Of a stretch of DNA of 27,442 nt, positions 26,054 to 27,442 are shown one piece after another (position 1 is the first letter of the stretch; every line of letters starts with the position of its first letter). Both the position numbers and the translations under genes were made by a program. The stretch is from Spirochaetaceae bacterium (GTDB lineage Bacteria > Spirochaetota > Spirochaetia > JABEVK01). Location: positions 1 through 27,442 of the forward strand of contig JAHFSN010000001.1 in assembly GCA_023265735.1 (NCBI GenBank). Direction: 5' to 3'. Below the pieces are notes generated by a model. It was not told the origin of the DNA and made no database searches. It worked only from the letters and a program-made list of their open reading frames with translations.

Positions 26054-26483
26054 CAGGCAGGCTGGGCCATCGCGGGGCGTCCCTTGGGACTGTCCCCGAG
26101 GAAAGTCCGGGCTCCGGAGAGCATGACGCCGGGTAACACCCGGGCGCCGCAAGGCGACAGATAGGGCCACAGAAAACAAACCGCCAAGAGCTACAAGCCC
26201 GAGGAGCTGTCCCGGACGTTTGCGAAAGCAAACTCCAGGGCCCGACCGAAGGTCAGTGCTCAGGTAAGGGTGAAAAGGTGGGGCAAGAGCCCACCGCGAA
26301 CCAGGCAACTGGTTTGGCACGGTAAACCTCGTCAGGAGCAAAATCAAGCAGCAACGGGACGGCTCGTCCATCGTTGCGGGTCGGTTGCGTGAAAAGGCCT
26401 CGAAAGGGAGCCTTGAGATAGATGATGGCCATCCGGAAGGCTCGCGCCTTCTGGACACAGAACCCGGCTTATAGGCCTGCCTG
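26054..26483 (+). ncRNA. rnpB: RNase P RNA, bacterial type A (about 430 nt; ends approximate)
   Basis: GAGGAAAGTCCGGGCTCC and ACAGAACCCGGCTTA universal motifs; P1 CAGGCAGGCT/GGCCTGCCTG; P2 GGCCATC/GATGGCC; GGTAAGGGTGAAAAGGTGGGGCAAGAGCCCACCG; GGAGCAAA. Confidence 0.97.
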
Positions 26484-26490
26484 TTTTTTT

Positions 26491-27420
26491 ATGAAACTAC
26501 GTTTTTCCGGTCGGCCCTCAAAACCTCTTCCTTTCTTGGTCAGAGTGAGCCTTCTTTTTGTGGCCGTCGTGGGGCTTGCCCTCGGGATCTTCTGGGCAAT
26601 CTCTCACTTCCTAAGACAGGGCAGTTCTTCGCCGAGCCAAGTCAGCGTTCTCGAATTGTGGAACAATGGCGCCTACGACGACATCCTGACCAACAGCAAA
26701 GAAGAGCTCAAAAAGAATCCGCTCGAGGCAGGGATGCTGATTTTCTCGGGCTTCGCCAATTTTCACAAAGGCGTCGCAGAAGATACCATCGAGAAGAAAC
26801 TCCCCCTCATCAATCAAACCGTCATTGACCTACGCAAGGCTCTTCTGCTGAACAATGTTCCCCTTCAGCCAGAAATCCACTACATCCTGGGAAAGGCCTA
26901 TTTCCACAAGGGAAAATACTACGCCGACTTGGCGATCTTCCATCTTTTGAAGGCCCAGGAACTCGGATACACGGCCAGCGATATGAACGAGTATCTCGGG
27001 CTCTCGTATTCTTTGGTGGCACGATTCTCCGAGGCGAGCACGTACTTCCTGAAGGCCGTCCAGTCGAGCCCGTCGGACCTTCTTTTCTGGACCCTCGGAC
27101 AAACGTACTTTCAGATGCAGCGCTACGACGATGCGGTCAAGTATTTGCGCCTCTCCATCGCCAAGACAAAGTCCAAACCCCTGGAGCAGCGCTGCCGCTT
27201 CCTCCTGGGAGAGATCTTCACCAAGACGAAGCAGTACGACCTCGCCCAGGCCGAATACCAAACCATCCTTAACAAGAACTCCAACTCGGCCGACGCCCAT
27301 TTCTACCTGGGCGAAATCGCCTTGGCCCAGGGAAACAAGGACCTCGCCAGGACCGAATGGAGAAGGGCGTTTAAGATTGATCCGCTGCACTTCAACGCCA
27401 ATCAGAGATTGTTTAATTGA
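26491..27420 (+). CDS. Membrane-anchored tetratricopeptide-repeat protein (309 aa)
   Basis: Start reassigned to ATG 26491 because 26422 lies within rnpB; N-terminal TM helix; several TPR units (HYILGKAYF, YLGLSY, FWTLGQTY, FLLGEIF, HFYLGEIA). Confidence 0.9.
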   Translation: MKLRFSGRPSKPLPFLVRVSLLFVAVVGLALGIFWAISHFLRQGSSSPSQVSVLELWNNGAYDDILTNSKEELKKNPLEAGMLIFSGFANFHKGVAEDTIEKKLPLINQTVIDLRKALLLNNVPLQPEIHYILGKAYFHKGKYYADLAIFHLLKAQELGYTASDMNEYLGLSYSLVARFSEASTYFLKAVQSSPSDLLFWTLGQTYFQMQRYDDAVKYLRLSIAKTKSKPLEQRCRFLLGEIFTKTKQYDLAQAEYQTILNKNSNSADAHFYLGEIALAQGNKDLARTEWRRAFKIDPLHFNANQRLFN

Positions 27421-27437
27421 GTCGTATATGATAGTTT
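27409..27437 (+). promoter_or_regulatory. Possible promoter for the next gene beyond the window
   Basis: TTGTTT (27409-27414), 17 nt, extended -10 TGa-TAGTTT (27429-27437). Confidence 0.45.
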
Positions 27438-27442
27438 TCCAG

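Noticed and set aside
26422-26490. N-terminal extension of the TPR ORF, and ORFs at 25854-26458, overlapping rnpB
   Set aside because: These bases form the conserved 3' core and P1 of RNase P RNA; ATG 26491 gives a normal basic-then-hydrophobic membrane anchor.

Overview
GC-rich (roughly 60% by eye) core-chromosome segment, most likely from a spirochaete (Spirochaetota). The inference rests on gene order resembling the Treponema/Borrelia order as I recall it: smc-hypothetical-TPR lipoprotein; ffh-rpsP-khpA-rimM-trmD-rplS-FliK-like-FlhB-C-HD-GYP-YraN; coaD-rpmF-acpP-rnc; mltG-dnaG-rpoD-C4 zinc ribbon-rnpB-TPR. It holds about 33 CDS, tRNA-Thr(UGU), tRNA-Tyr(GUA) and RNase P RNA. I saw no mobile element, integrase or CRISPR array. 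The most interesting signals are regulatory. (1) Six sigma70-type promoters are placed so that +1 falls on or a few nt before an SD-less ATG, suggesting systematic leaderless translation; two pairs are tightly packed divergent promoters. (2) A hairpin plus T9 tract after rplS looks like an intrinsic terminator and also like a frameshift splitting a FliK-like gene. (3) A possible flagellar/c-di-GMP accessory module follows rplS (FliK-like, FlhB-C, degenerate HD-GYP, tiny FlgM-like ORF). (4) Consensus promoters are hidden inside dnaG and inside the sequence encoding RpoD region 4.2. (5) SMC appears to lack a canonical hinge, and the glycogen synthase has an altered KxGG loop. All calls come from reading the sequence; no database search was run.
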